A stretch of DNA of 64,000 nt from assembly GCA_001189075.1 (NCBI GenBank), contig LFCN01000006.1, forward strand, positions 460,866-524,865. Reading direction: 5' to 3'. The stretch's first letter is position 1. Each line of letters opens with the position of its first letter. Origin of the DNA: Parcubacteria bacterium C7867-004. Its GTDB lineage: Bacteria > Patescibacteriota > Minisyncoccia > Phycocordibacterales > Phycocordibacteraceae. The notes beneath the pieces are model-generated. The model saw only the letters and a program-made list of their open reading frames with translations. It did no database searches and had not been told where the DNA came from. Below are positions 49,131 through 58,313 of the stretch, piece by piece. A program made the translations under genes and the position numbers.

Positions 49131-50276
49131 ATGAAAATCGTTCTAACGGCCGGAGGCACCGGCGGCCACTTCTACCCGCTCATCGCGATAGCGGAAGCGA
49201 TCAAGGCTGTCTGCGCTGAGCGCAATCTCATAGTCCCGACCATCTACTATCTCGCGGACAAGCCCTACGACGAGGCGGTTCTCTTCGCCAACGACATCAT
49301 CTACCTCGCTTCTCCGGCAGGGAAGATGCGCCGCTATGCGTCTTTCTCGAACTTCACCGATATGTTCGTAACCGCCTGGGGCACCCTCAAGTGCTTCTTC
49401 CTGCTTCTCAAGATCTATCCTGACGTCGTGATATCTAAAGGTGGATACGCAAGCGTCCCGACCACCCTTGCCGCGGGGTTGCTCCGGCTTCCGCTCATCA
49501 TCCACGAGTCCGACGCGAAGCCGGGACGCGCTAACCTCCTCGCAGCGAAAGCGGCTACCCGCATCGGCATCGCTTTCGAGAGTGCGATAGAAGGATTCCC
49601 GGAAAAGGTGAGAGGAAAGATTGCGAAGGTGGGTATCCCCGTCCGCACCGAACTCATGAACCTTCCAGAGAAGATGGGAGCGAAAGCCGCGCTCGGCCTT
49701 GATCCGACTCTTCCGACCGTTCTTATCATGGGCGGCTCCCAAGGCTCGCTCCGAATCAATGAGACCGTGCTCGACGCGCTTCCCGACATCGTCTCATTCG
49801 CGAACGTCATCCACCAGACCGGAAAGGATCATTTCGAGAGCGTGAGCCAGACCGCATCCGTTATCCTTGAGAAAGCGGGGAACACGGGCCGCTATCACCC
49901 GTTCGCCTATCTTAATGCGGACACGATGCGTAATGCCGCTTCAGCAGCGGATGTCGTTATCGCACGTGCAGGATCAACCACCATTACGGAACTCGCCATC
50001 TGGGGGAAACCGGCGGTACTCATCCCGATACCCGAAGCGGTTAGTCATGATCAGCGGGCGAACGCGTATGCGTATGCGCATACGGGAGCTGCCGTAGTGC
50101 TCGAGGAGGCGAACCTCACGCCGCACGTGCTCGCGAGCGAAGCCCGTAGACTGGGCACCACGCCTGAGCTCGCATCGAAGATGACTCTTGCCGCAAAAGG
50201 ATTCGCCAATCCTGATGCCGCACGTCTCATCGCGGAAGAGGCGATCCGTATCGCGCTTACCCACGAAAACAAGTAG
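49131..50276 (+). CDS. murG: MurG glycosyltransferase
   Basis: GGTGGH, KGGY.S, HES, GGSQG, RAG.T..E, DQ..NA. Confidence 0.96.
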   Translation: MKIVLTAGGTGGHFYPLIAIAEAIKAVCAERNLIVPTIYYLADKPYDEAVLFANDIIYLASPAGKMRRYASFSNFTDMFVTAWGTLKCFFLLLKIYPDVVISKGGYASVPTTLAAGLLRLPLIIHESDAKPGRANLLAAKAATRIGIAFESAIEGFPEKVRGKIAKVGIPVRTELMNLPEKMGAKAALGLDPTLPTVLIMGGSQGSLRINETVLDALPDIVSFANVIHQTGKDHFESVSQTASVILEKAGNTGRYHPFAYLNADTMRNAASAADVVIARAGSTTITELAIWGKPAVLIPIPEAVSHDQRANAYAYAHTGAAVVLEEANLTPHVLASEARRLGTTPELASKMTLAAKGFANPDAARLIAEEAIRIALTHENK

Positions 50277-50278
50277 GT

Positions 50279-51727
50279 ATGAGCGTCCGTACTCGTTTCG
50301 CGCCCAGCCCCACCGGCTTCATGCATGTCGGCGGTGTTCGTACTGCGCTCTATTCCTGGCTCTACGCTCGCAAGCACGGCGGCCAGTTCATCCTTCGTAT
50401 CGAGGACACCGACAAAGGTCGCGAGGTAGAAGGCTCCATCGGCCACATCATGGAGTGCCTCAAGTGGCTCGGCATCGAGTGGGACGAGGGGACCGATGTG
50501 GGCGGCCCGCATGAGCCGTATCTGCAGTCAGCGCGTCTTGAGACCTATCGAACCTACGCCAAGCGCCTTATCGATGCCGGCTTTGCGTATCCTGACCCGT
50601 ACACCGAAGAAGAGGTAGAAGCATTCCGTCAGAAGGCGGAAGAGGAGAAGCGACCCTTCCTGTATCGCGACCATCGCCCGGAGAACGCAGGAGAGTGGGA
50701 CGGCACGCGCCCACTTCGCTTCAAGACGCCGATCATAAAGCGGTACGAATGGGATGACGCCATACGTGGACCGCTCTCGGCAGGCGAAGAAGCGCTCGAC
50801 GATTTCATACTCATAAAGGGGGACGGGTACCCGACTTATAACTTCGCTCACGTTGTGGACGATATCGAGATGGAGATAACGCATGTGATGCGCGGAGAAG
50901 AGTTCATCTCCTCCACGCCAAAGTTCCTCTCCTTGTATGACGCACTGGAAGAGAAACCGCCCGTCTTCGCCACAATGCCCGTTATCCTCGGCGAGAACGG
51001 CCAGAAGAAACTCTCGAAGCGTGACGGCGCGAAGGATCTTCTCGAATACCGAGACGAAGGGTACCTGCCTGAAGCTATGGTTAACTTCCTCGCGCTCCTC
51101 GGTTGGAATCCGGGAACCGATCAGGAGATATTCGGCATACCGGAACTCGTCGCGTTATTCGAGCTTGATCGGGTGCAGAAGTCGGGCGCACGTTTCGACG
51201 AGGAGAAGCTTCTGTTCGTGAATCGCGAGCACATGCGACTACTTACGGACGAAGAGTTCATCAATCGCGGGAAATTCGTAGTACCTGACCCGGAGCGACT
51301 CCGGAAAGCGCTCCCGCTCCTGAAAGAGCGCTCGCACACCCTAGGAGAGGCCCGCAGCATGCTGGATGGCGAGCTTTCCTGCCTCTTTACGGCACCCAAT
51401 TTGCTCCCCGTTATGCTGGTTGCCAAAGAGCCCACCGGACGCGCAGGACTCACCAGAAGCGCCCTGGAGCGTGCTCTGGCACTCGTTGAGAGCATGCCTG
51501 AGGATGTTTCCGCAGAAGCAGTTAAGGAAGCGATTATGCCGCTCGCTGACGAGGAGGAAGTTCTGGGTAAGGGCGGCCGCGGCGGCGTACTCTGGCCGCT
51601 TCGCTATGCGCTTTCCGGAAGCGAGCGGTCTCCGGACCCGTTCAGCCTTATATACATACTTGGTCCCGCGGAATCCGCCGCACGCATACGTTCCGCGCTC
51701 GCAAGCCTTTCTGATATACTCGGATAG
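50279..51727 (+). CDS. gltX: Glutamate--tRNA ligase
   Basis: RFAPSPTG..HVGG, LRIEDTD, KLSKR. Confidence 0.96.
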   Translation: MSVRTRFAPSPTGFMHVGGVRTALYSWLYARKHGGQFILRIEDTDKGREVEGSIGHIMECLKWLGIEWDEGTDVGGPHEPYLQSARLETYRTYAKRLIDAGFAYPDPYTEEEVEAFRQKAEEEKRPFLYRDHRPENAGEWDGTRPLRFKTPIIKRYEWDDAIRGPLSAGEEALDDFILIKGDGYPTYNFAHVVDDIEMEITHVMRGEEFISSTPKFLSLYDALEEKPPVFATMPVILGENGQKKLSKRDGAKDLLEYRDEGYLPEAMVNFLALLGWNPGTDQEIFGIPELVALFELDRVQKSGARFDEEKLLFVNREHMRLLTDEEFINRGKFVVPDPERLRKALPLLKERSHTLGEARSMLDGELSCLFTAPNLLPVMLVAKEPTGRAGLTRSALERALALVESMPEDVSAEAVKEAIMPLADEEEVLGKGGRGGVLWPLRYALSGSERSPDPFSLIYILGPAESAARIRSALASLSDILG

Positions 51728-53074
51728 ATGCAGACGTTCCGTCAGTCACTCGCGTTTTCGCTACTCCTTCTCATTCCGCTCCTGCTTGCGAGCGTTACGC
51801 CCGCAAACGCACTTGCGCAAACTGAAGACGAGATTAAAGCGCAGATAGAGGCGCAGAACGGGAAGATCCAGCAGATCGAGAAGGAGATTGCGGAATACCA
51901 GAAGACGCTTAATGTCATCGGTACGCAGAAGCAGACGCTTCAGTCCGCCATAAAGACGCTCGACGTCTCCCGCCAGCAGACCGCGGCCGAGATCAACCTC
52001 ACCCAGAACAAGATCTCCTCGACGAATCTCAAGCTCGAGAAGCTTTCCTATGATATCGAAGATACCGAACAGCTCATCGCCCTCGATCGCCGCACGCTGG
52101 AGCGCTCGCTCCGCGACATGGCAGAAGCAGGAGACATCTCCCTCATCGAGCAGGTGTTCTCCACCGATAGTCTCACCGAAGCGTGGGTAGCGGTGGACGA
52201 CGCGTCAGCCATAAACAGCGCGATGCGCGAAAGCGTGGCGAATCTCTCCTCGGCCAAGGATGCACTCACCAGCCAGCAGGAAGATGTAAGCGCGAAGAAG
52301 AATGATCTCACCAATCTCAAGGGCGACCTTTCGAACCAGAAGAAGACGCTTGATATCGCGAAGTCAGAGAAAGATAAGTTGCTAACGCAGACCAAGAACC
52401 AGGAAAGTACCTACCAGTCCATCATTGCTCAGAAGCGAGCGCAGCAGAAAGCATTTGAAGAGCAGCTCTCGAACCTTGAGAACAGTCTCAAGTCCGTAGG
52501 ACAGGGCGCAGCACCCGTCTCACAGACCGGCATCCTCGCGTGGCCGTTCTCCGCTAGCTTCGCGCAGTCGTGCGCAGGGAAGTCGGGCGCACTGGGAAAC
52601 ATCCATTGCATAACGCAGTACTTCGGCAACACCGCATTCGCCACCGCAAACGCGCAGATCTACAACGGCGCAGGACACAACGCGATTGATATCGGCATGC
52701 CGAGCGGCACGCCCGTACTCGCCGCTCTCGGAGGAACAGTCTTCGGTACCGGCAACACCGACAGCGCGCCAGGCTGCCTTTCCTTCGGGAAGTGGGTGGT
52801 TATAAAGCACGCGAACGGACTTGCGACACTCTATTCACACCTCTCTTCAATAGGCGTCTCCTCGGGCCAAGCGGTTACGACCGGACAGGTTATCGGAAAC
52901 TCCGGCATGACCGGCTACGCTACGGGCCCGCACCTTCATTTTGGCGTATACGTGGCTTCCGGTATCCAAATAACCACGCTCGGCGCCTTCCGCGGTGCGA
53001 CCACGCCATGCGCGAACGCCGTCATGCCGGTTGCACCTAAGGACGCATATCTCAATCCGATGTCGTATCTCTAG
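51728..53074 (+). CDS. Secreted coiled-coil M23 peptidase (murein hydrolase/EnvC-like)
   Basis: Signal peptide, long coiled coil, HNAID, YSHLS, TGPHLHF. Confidence 0.9.
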   Translation: MQTFRQSLAFSLLLLIPLLLASVTPANALAQTEDEIKAQIEAQNGKIQQIEKEIAEYQKTLNVIGTQKQTLQSAIKTLDVSRQQTAAEINLTQNKISSTNLKLEKLSYDIEDTEQLIALDRRTLERSLRDMAEAGDISLIEQVFSTDSLTEAWVAVDDASAINSAMRESVANLSSAKDALTSQQEDVSAKKNDLTNLKGDLSNQKKTLDIAKSEKDKLLTQTKNQESTYQSIIAQKRAQQKAFEEQLSNLENSLKSVGQGAAPVSQTGILAWPFSASFAQSCAGKSGALGNIHCITQYFGNTAFATANAQIYNGAGHNAIDIGMPSGTPVLAALGGTVFGTGNTDSAPGCLSFGKWVVIKHANGLATLYSHLSSIGVSSGQAVTTGQVIGNSGMTGYATGPHLHFGVYVASGIQITTLGAFRGATTPCANAVMPVAPKDAYLNPMSYL

Positions 53075-53076
53075 TT

Positions 53077-53101
53077 GAAGATTCGAGTCCTACTCTCCCA
53101 G
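53077..53101 (+). other. Degenerate tRNA 3'-end fragment (Gln-like), possible att scar
   Basis: GAAGA-TTCGAGT-CCTAC-TCTCCCA-G resembles T-arm + acceptor strand + discriminator; no 5' half. Confidence 0.45.
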
Positions 53102-53189
53102 TTCGCAGTTTTTACAAAAAAGAAGCACCCAGGGTGCCACGAGGAAGTAATTCCTCCAGGCTCCCTCGGGCGGCTACATTCGAATTCAT

Positions 53190-53335
53190 TTCTTGAAAAA
53201 GGGGAGATCGAGGAAGGGCAGACCACCCTCTGGCTTACCCCGAATGAGGCTCTCGAGCGCATGAAGACTGATCAGCCGAAGAAGATCGAAGGCCACTTCA
53301 TCCTGAAGCGCGAGATAGCGTTCCTAGAGGCATAG
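53190..53335 (+). pseudogene. C-terminal remnant of a NUDIX-like hydrolase
   Basis: EIEEG...LW.T..EA...M....P...EG.FI..RE..FLE tail; no Nudix box, no good start. Confidence 0.4.
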
Positions 53336-53382
53336 CTTGATTCGAAAGGATCGTAGATCTGCCTTTGCTATACTTCCCCCAT

Positions 53383-54168
53383 ATGGAACACCTCGGAATC
53401 GCCGCACTGTGCCTGTTCGGATATATGACCGCAGCCTTCATTGTTGCCCTTATCAAGAAGGATAATGGGGTAGCTGACGTCGCCTACGGAGGCGGCTTCG
53501 TGCTCGTTGCATGGGTAACCTACGTATTAGGATTCATGTCGCCCGGAAGCCTTCTTGCGTCGGTACTCGTTACAATCTGGGCGATACGGCTTTCCGGCCG
53601 CATTGCGAAGCGCAATCACGGCAAGCCCGAAGACTTCCGGTATAAGGAGTGGCGCGACGAGTGGGGGAAGTGGTTCATTCCCCGAAGCTTCCTCCAGGTA
53701 TTCATGCTGCAAGGAATAATTCTCTTTGTAATCGCGCTTCCGGTGATGATGATCAATACCTTTGATACATCGATCAGCATCGGCATTGTTGCGCTCTTCG
53801 GTCTTTTAATTTGGGTGAAGGGATTCGTGTTCGAAGCGATGGCTGACTACGAGCTCGACCGGTTCATCAAGAATCCTGAGAACAAAGACAAAATCATGGA
53901 CCAAGGACTCTGGCACTACAGCCGTCATCCGAACTACTACGGAGAATCACTCATGTGGTGGGGAATCGCCGTCATCGCGTTCGGCACACTCTTTGCTGCG
54001 CTTGAAGGCATCGTATTCGCCGTGTTCGTGAGCCCGATCCTTATAACCTTCCTCCTCATCAAGGTTTCGGGTATCCCGCTGCTTGAGAAGCGCATGGAAG
54101 GAAAGCCGGGATGGAAGGAATACCAGCAGAAGACGAGTGCATTCATCCCTTGGTTCCCGAAGTCTTAA
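53383..54168 (+). CDS. DUF1295 / steroid 5-alpha-reductase-like membrane protein
   Basis: AD.AYG, ED.RY, E..AD..L, GLW.YSRHPNY.GE. Confidence 0.9.
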   Translation: MEHLGIAALCLFGYMTAAFIVALIKKDNGVADVAYGGGFVLVAWVTYVLGFMSPGSLLASVLVTIWAIRLSGRIAKRNHGKPEDFRYKEWRDEWGKWFIPRSFLQVFMLQGIILFVIALPVMMINTFDTSISIGIVALFGLLIWVKGFVFEAMADYELDRFIKNPENKDKIMDQGLWHYSRHPNYYGESLMWWGIAVIAFGTLFAALEGIVFAVFVSPILITFLLIKVSGIPLLEKRMEGKPGWKEYQQKTSAFIPWFPKS

Positions 54169-54815
54169 GGAGTATCGCGAAATCGCCAGAGAACACGAGA
54201 CGCAAAGGAGCGGTGCGGAGACCACCGAAGCGCAATCGTTTCGAGCTCGCGGATGTGCACGTCCTTCGGCAGTCCGTAGATCGCTTCTATCGATCGGCGG
54301 AGTCCCAAATCTCCCGGCGAGAATACGTCATCCCGCTCGAGCGCGAACATGAGAAACATCTCGGCGGTCCAGCGCCCGATGCCCCAGATCGCGGAAAGGC
54401 GTTCGACAGCTTCCGCTTCAGGAACTTTACGTAGAGAAGAAAGATCGAGACGTTCTTCGAGTATCGCACTTGAGAGCTCTTTAAGGGTCTTCGTCTTCGC
54501 AGCTGAGAGTCCAGCCGCACGCATGGTTTCTATTGAAATAGATTGGATTGCTTCTGGCGTAACCGATCCGTTACAGGCAACCTCAAGTCGTCCCCAAATA
54601 GTGTCTGCAGCCTTGGTCGAAAGCTGCTGCCCCGTTACGGAGCCTGCGAGCGCCGCAAACAACTGCTGATAGTTGCGGCGATGCCCCTTACGTTTAGCGA
54701 GCTCATCCCAATGGGGAAGGGCAGTTTTATATAGGAGCGGGTCGGCTTTCTTTAGATGCTTCATGGCATCCGTATACCTTTTGGATTTTCCCGTTCCCTC
54801 CTTTTTGGCCGGCAT
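54165..54815 (-). CDS. DNA-3-methyladenine glycosylase II (AlkA-like)
   Basis: QQLS..AA, GIG.WTAEM.LMF.L.R.DVF..D. Confidence 0.9.
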   Translation of the reverse strand: MPAKKEGTGKSKRYTDAMKHLKKADPLLYKTALPHWDELAKRKGHRRNYQQLFAALAGSVTGQQLSTKAADTIWGRLEVACNGSVTPEAIQSISIETMRAAGLSAAKTKTLKELSSAILEERLDLSSLRKVPEAEAVERLSAIWGIGRWTAEMFLMFALERDDVFSPGDLGLRRSIEAIYGLPKDVHIRELETIALRWSPHRSFASRVLWRFRDTP

Positions 54816-54836
54816 GGGCGTAGTATACTGTCTCCC

Positions 54837-55034
54837 ATGGCCCGATTCATCATCCTCGTTATCATCGTTATAATCGTCTTTTCGTACTTCGGCATCTCTC
54901 TCCGGAGCGTCGTAGAATCACCGACAGGGCAGGATAACTTCTCCTTCGTCTGGATGTACGTAAAGGACGGCTGGGATATCATCGTCGGATTCGTCGCTGG
55001 ACTGCTTAATGCAGTGCGCAACACCGTCTCCTAG
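54837..55034 (+). CDS. Small membrane protein
   Basis: TATACT 7 nt before ATG; hydrophobic N-terminus. Confidence 0.65.
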   Translation: MARFIILVIIVIIVFSYFGISLRSVVESPTGQDNFSFVWMYVKDGWDIIVGFVAGLLNAVRNTVS

Positions 55035-55036
55035 GT

Positions 55037-55306
55037 ATGGAGGAAGAACTGCCAAAGCCGAAGAAGAAGCAGCTTCCTATAGTGCTTCCGCGCGACTCCC
55101 GCGCGCACTACGTGAACGCCACGCAGGTAACCGTATCTGATGATTCAGTCATCATCCAATTCGCCTATGTAAGGCCCGGAAGCAAGGAAGGGCAGCTCGT
55201 CTCCGAGATCGCGCTCTCACCAAAACACGCTATAGACTTCAGTCGCTCGCTCGACTCCACCATCAAGAAGCATTTCACAAGGCACCTCGACGAGTTTGGG
55301 TACTAG
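55037..55306 (+). CDS. DUF3467-like protein
   Basis: Y.N...V......I.F...LSP.HA..F...L pattern. Confidence 0.7.
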   Translation: MEEELPKPKKKQLPIVLPRDSRAHYVNATQVTVSDDSVIIQFAYVRPGSKEGQLVSEIALSPKHAIDFSRSLDSTIKKHFTRHLDEFGY

Positions 55307-55411
55307 CCAATTTCCGAAAAGCTGATAATGAAGACTTCACAATCTTCATGAGGCGTTCATGCACCATACGCTATACATATGAGCGTACACAGATTAATTA
55401 ATTACAAGGAC

Positions 55412-55645
55412 ATGAAAAAGGTACTTCTTAGTGTTTTCGCGCTTGCGGCAATAGTCGCAGCACCCGCAGTTTCTCTCGCCGCAACGTACGCATATGTGAA
55501 TACCACGGGCGAAGTGCGCACTGTGGAGGCCGCCTCGGCAAACCAGGCACTCTCTACTGCACCGAACCTCGGCGTTCACAGCGGCGTGATGCTTATCGAG
55601 GATGTGTCCGACCCAGTCGTCGGCGATCGGGTAGGCGGCGTGTAA
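55412..55645 (+). CDS. Small secreted protein
   Basis: AAGGA SD, signal peptide MKKVLLSVFALAAIVAAPAVSLA. Confidence 0.7.
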   Translation: MKKVLLSVFALAAIVAAPAVSLAATYAYVNTTGEVRTVEAASANQALSTAPNLGVHSGVMLIEDVSDPVVGDRVGGV

Positions 55646-55668
55646 ATCGCTTCCGAACGTATCGATTA

Positions 55669-55704
55669 ACTGAATCCCCGGCTCCTTGGAGCCGGGGATT
55701 CAGT
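55669..55704. terminator. Long perfect hairpin terminator
   Basis: ACTGAATCCCCGGCTC/GAGCCGGGGATTCAGT. Confidence 0.8.
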
Positions 55705-55776
55705 ATTTCTTCATGATTTGAACAGGGTATGTGCGGTATACTTCGATCCTTGCTTCGTAACCCAACTAATACTCCT

Positions 55777-56862
55777 ATGTCTCACTCAAAACCTGAGATC
55801 TTCGTCGGTGCAGTCTTTCTCGCATTCGCCCTTATGCTTCCGGCCCCTGCGCTGGCCGCAAGCTCGAAGACCTCGTGCTTACTAACGCTTACCACACCTT
55901 CCGGCACCGCGACTGTAGCGAATGCAAAGGGTGAAGTGCTCCTTGCCGCAGGTGAGAAGATAACTATCAAATGGAAGAGTACGAATGCTACCAAAGCAAC
56001 CGATGCAGCCGGAAAGACCATCGCACTTCAAGGAACGGAAACGGACGAGCCTGAAGCGACGACCAAGTATACGTACAAGTTCTCGAATGGGACCCGCAAA
56101 GTGGAATGCGCCGTAACGGTGCACGTCGTTGAAGCCGGCATCGATCGAAGCTCGCTAAGCACTACGAGCACCAAACCGACTATCACGGGAACCGCCGAGG
56201 GAACGAAGACGGTCCGTATACTTATTAAGGACAGCAAAGGCAAGTACGTATTCAAGAGCAAGGATGTAAAGGTCCGTAACGGAGTCTGGAAGATTCCGGC
56301 CAAAAAGGCGCTTCTGAAAGGCACCTACGCCGTCGAGCTATACGGAGAGAAGAAGCTTGATCTGAATCTGATTGAGAAAGCGACTCTTACCATAGGGCAG
56401 GGTGGCACCGTCTTAAACGGCGGAACGCTTTCCGCCTCGCTTATTCCGCTCTTGTTCGGAGGAACGGCCGCAGGAGGAACTTCCGTTCCCGTAACGTATC
56501 TAAAGCTCTCGAATACCGGCAAGTCGGCGGTAAGTATCGAAGGAATTAATTTCAAGCAGAATGGTTCCGCATCGGGCGATGTTGTTATCGGCTTCGAGAC
56601 CAGCGACGACAAGGGTGGATCGATAGGGAGGTCAGGTGGAGTTGAGGGAACAAGCCCGTTCAAGAATGGAACGGCGTTCGCACCACTTAAAGCAACCATT
56701 CCACCAAGTTCGTACCGCATTTTCACCGTGAAGGCGATGCTGACCAGGAATATCGCCTCTTCCGTAGGGAAGCAGCTTTCGCTTGACGTGACTGGCGTCG
56801 ATACTACCGCAAACATTGTCGGTCTACCCGTAAAAGGAACGTCCTGGGTTCTCACGTACTAG
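55777..56862 (+). CDS. Secreted protein with Ig-like beta domains
   Basis: Signal peptide, W.STNAT and KPTITGTA motifs, T/G/K-rich. Confidence 0.7.
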   Translation: MSHSKPEIFVGAVFLAFALMLPAPALAASSKTSCLLTLTTPSGTATVANAKGEVLLAAGEKITIKWKSTNATKATDAAGKTIALQGTETDEPEATTKYTYKFSNGTRKVECAVTVHVVEAGIDRSSLSTTSTKPTITGTAEGTKTVRILIKDSKGKYVFKSKDVKVRNGVWKIPAKKALLKGTYAVELYGEKKLDLNLIEKATLTIGQGGTVLNGGTLSASLIPLLFGGTAAGGTSVPVTYLKLSNTGKSAVSIEGINFKQNGSASGDVVIGFETSDDKGGSIGRSGGVEGTSPFKNGTAFAPLKATIPPSSYRIFTVKAMLTRNIASSVGKQLSLDVTGVDTTANIVGLPVKGTSWVLTY

Positions 56863-56941
56863 GCGAAGTTGTGTATATTGTGTGGAGAAATCGGTAGTTT
56901 GTGTCTTGTAGGCGCATACGCGCCAGTGCTACCATGCATAC

Positions 56942-57643
56942 ATGACTCGGCTCGTATCACTCACTCAAGCCCAGAAGGAAACGCTCACGCTGATCGAGCG
57001 CAGCATCAGTAGGTCTGGCAAGGCGCCGACCATAACCGAGATGCGCGATGCCTTCAAGCTCCGCTCACTCCGCAGCGTGACTCAGCGCATCGAGAGTCTT
57101 GAGAAGAAGGGCCTTATTAAGCGCGACCGATTCCGTCACCGCGGCATCTCGCTTATCGACGGCGTTGCGTCTCAGCTTTCTTCCGACTTGATACAGGTTC
57201 CCGTTATCGCATCTGCCGGCTGTGACGCCATGGAGGTCTATGCGGAGAATCGGTACGACGAGTACATCATGGTTGATCGCAGCCTCATCAAGGGCCGCAC
57301 GAGCCCATCTATGAATATCGCGGCTGTACGCGCTGTCGGCGATAGCATGCAGGATGCAGGCATCCACAGCGGCGACTACGTCATTGTCGAGGTTACCGAC
57401 CGCGTCGAGAACGGCGACCGTGTCGTTGCGATTCTCGGGAATATGGCGGTTATCAAACGCTTCGATCGCGAAGGCGACGTCGTCTACCTCAATCCGGAGA
57501 ACAAGTACGGCACGTATCACCCGATCGTCGTCCGCGAGGAAGACTCGCGCATCTTCGGCAAGGTCCTCTCCATCATTCCCGGCACTGAGTGGGTGGATGA
57601 CATAAAGGTTGAGTACTACACGGAGTACGAGCAGGCCCGTTAG
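56942..57643 (+). CDS. lexA: LexA repressor (S24)
   Basis: LT..Q..PT..E wHTH, Ala-Gly site (SAG), GDSM serine, VIKR lysine. Confidence 0.9.
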   Translation: MTRLVSLTQAQKETLTLIERSISRSGKAPTITEMRDAFKLRSLRSVTQRIESLEKKGLIKRDRFRHRGISLIDGVASQLSSDLIQVPVIASAGCDAMEVYAENRYDEYIMVDRSLIKGRTSPSMNIAAVRAVGDSMQDAGIHSGDYVIVEVTDRVENGDRVVAILGNMAVIKRFDREGDVVYLNPENKYGTYHPIVVREEDSRIFGKVLSIIPGTEWVDDIKVEYYTEYEQAR

Positions 57644-57720
57644 TTAGTTAATCTTTATATAAATGAAAACACCGGATCCTTAGAGGATTCCGGTGTCGGT
57701 GGAGCGGGGAGTCCGGTCGA

Positions 57721-58107
57721 CTACCCTTCGACGTCGGGCGCCAGACGGTCGAGCCGGTCGGCCAGCATGTCGCCGGTGGCGGTCGCGCTGAGGCAGTGGC
57801 AGAACGCCTGGTGCATGTCGGCCTTGCTGAGGCTCATCGCATCGATCACGCCGCCCGCGGTGCCGTTCGTGGCGACGCCGACGCTGGCGAGGGCTTGGTC
57901 GACGGGCTCGAGCACGGTGCCGGCGACCAGCATGGGGCGGAGCGTCTGCAGCGACTGGAGTTCGATGTCGGCGATGGCGTTGAACCTGGTCGAGCCGTGG
58001 TTCGCGCGCAGCGAATTCGACACGTGGGCGAAGAGTTGGCTGCGGCTCAGGGTGACAGCGGCGACGGGCGCGGAAGCGGCCGTGATGCGGTCCCGGACTT
58101 CAGACAT
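57721..58107 (-). CDS. GC-rich hypothetical protein with HxxxCxC motif
   Basis: GGAG SD before ATG 58107; LSR..EL..LS..D.H..CHC..A.R..LA pattern recalled from alphaproteobacterial hypotheticals. Confidence 0.6.
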   Translation of the reverse strand: MSEVRDRITAASAPVAAVTLSRSQLFAHVSNSLRANHGSTRFNAIADIELQSLQTLRPMLVAGTVLEPVDQALASVGVATNGTAGGVIDAMSLSKADMHQAFCHCLSATATGDMLADRLDRLAPDVEG

Positions 58108-58313
58108 GATGGTCTCCAATCGATTCGATGATGTACAGCGAGTCTATCGCCGAGATCCTAAGAACAAGCGCCCTTGTGATCTGATAAAAAATCTAGCACT
58201 GGATCGGACATGAAGCAAGATAATTTCTATACGTCAAATTGCGCATCGTGTTGTACTTTTCATAAATCTATTGCACACTCAGACCGACTCTCATAGTAGC
58301 TAAGGAGGCGAAC

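Noticed and set aside
57697-57720. GGTGGAGCGGGGAG as a reversed tRNA/tmRNA att site
   Set aside because: Too short, no T-loop, and no partner copy seen.
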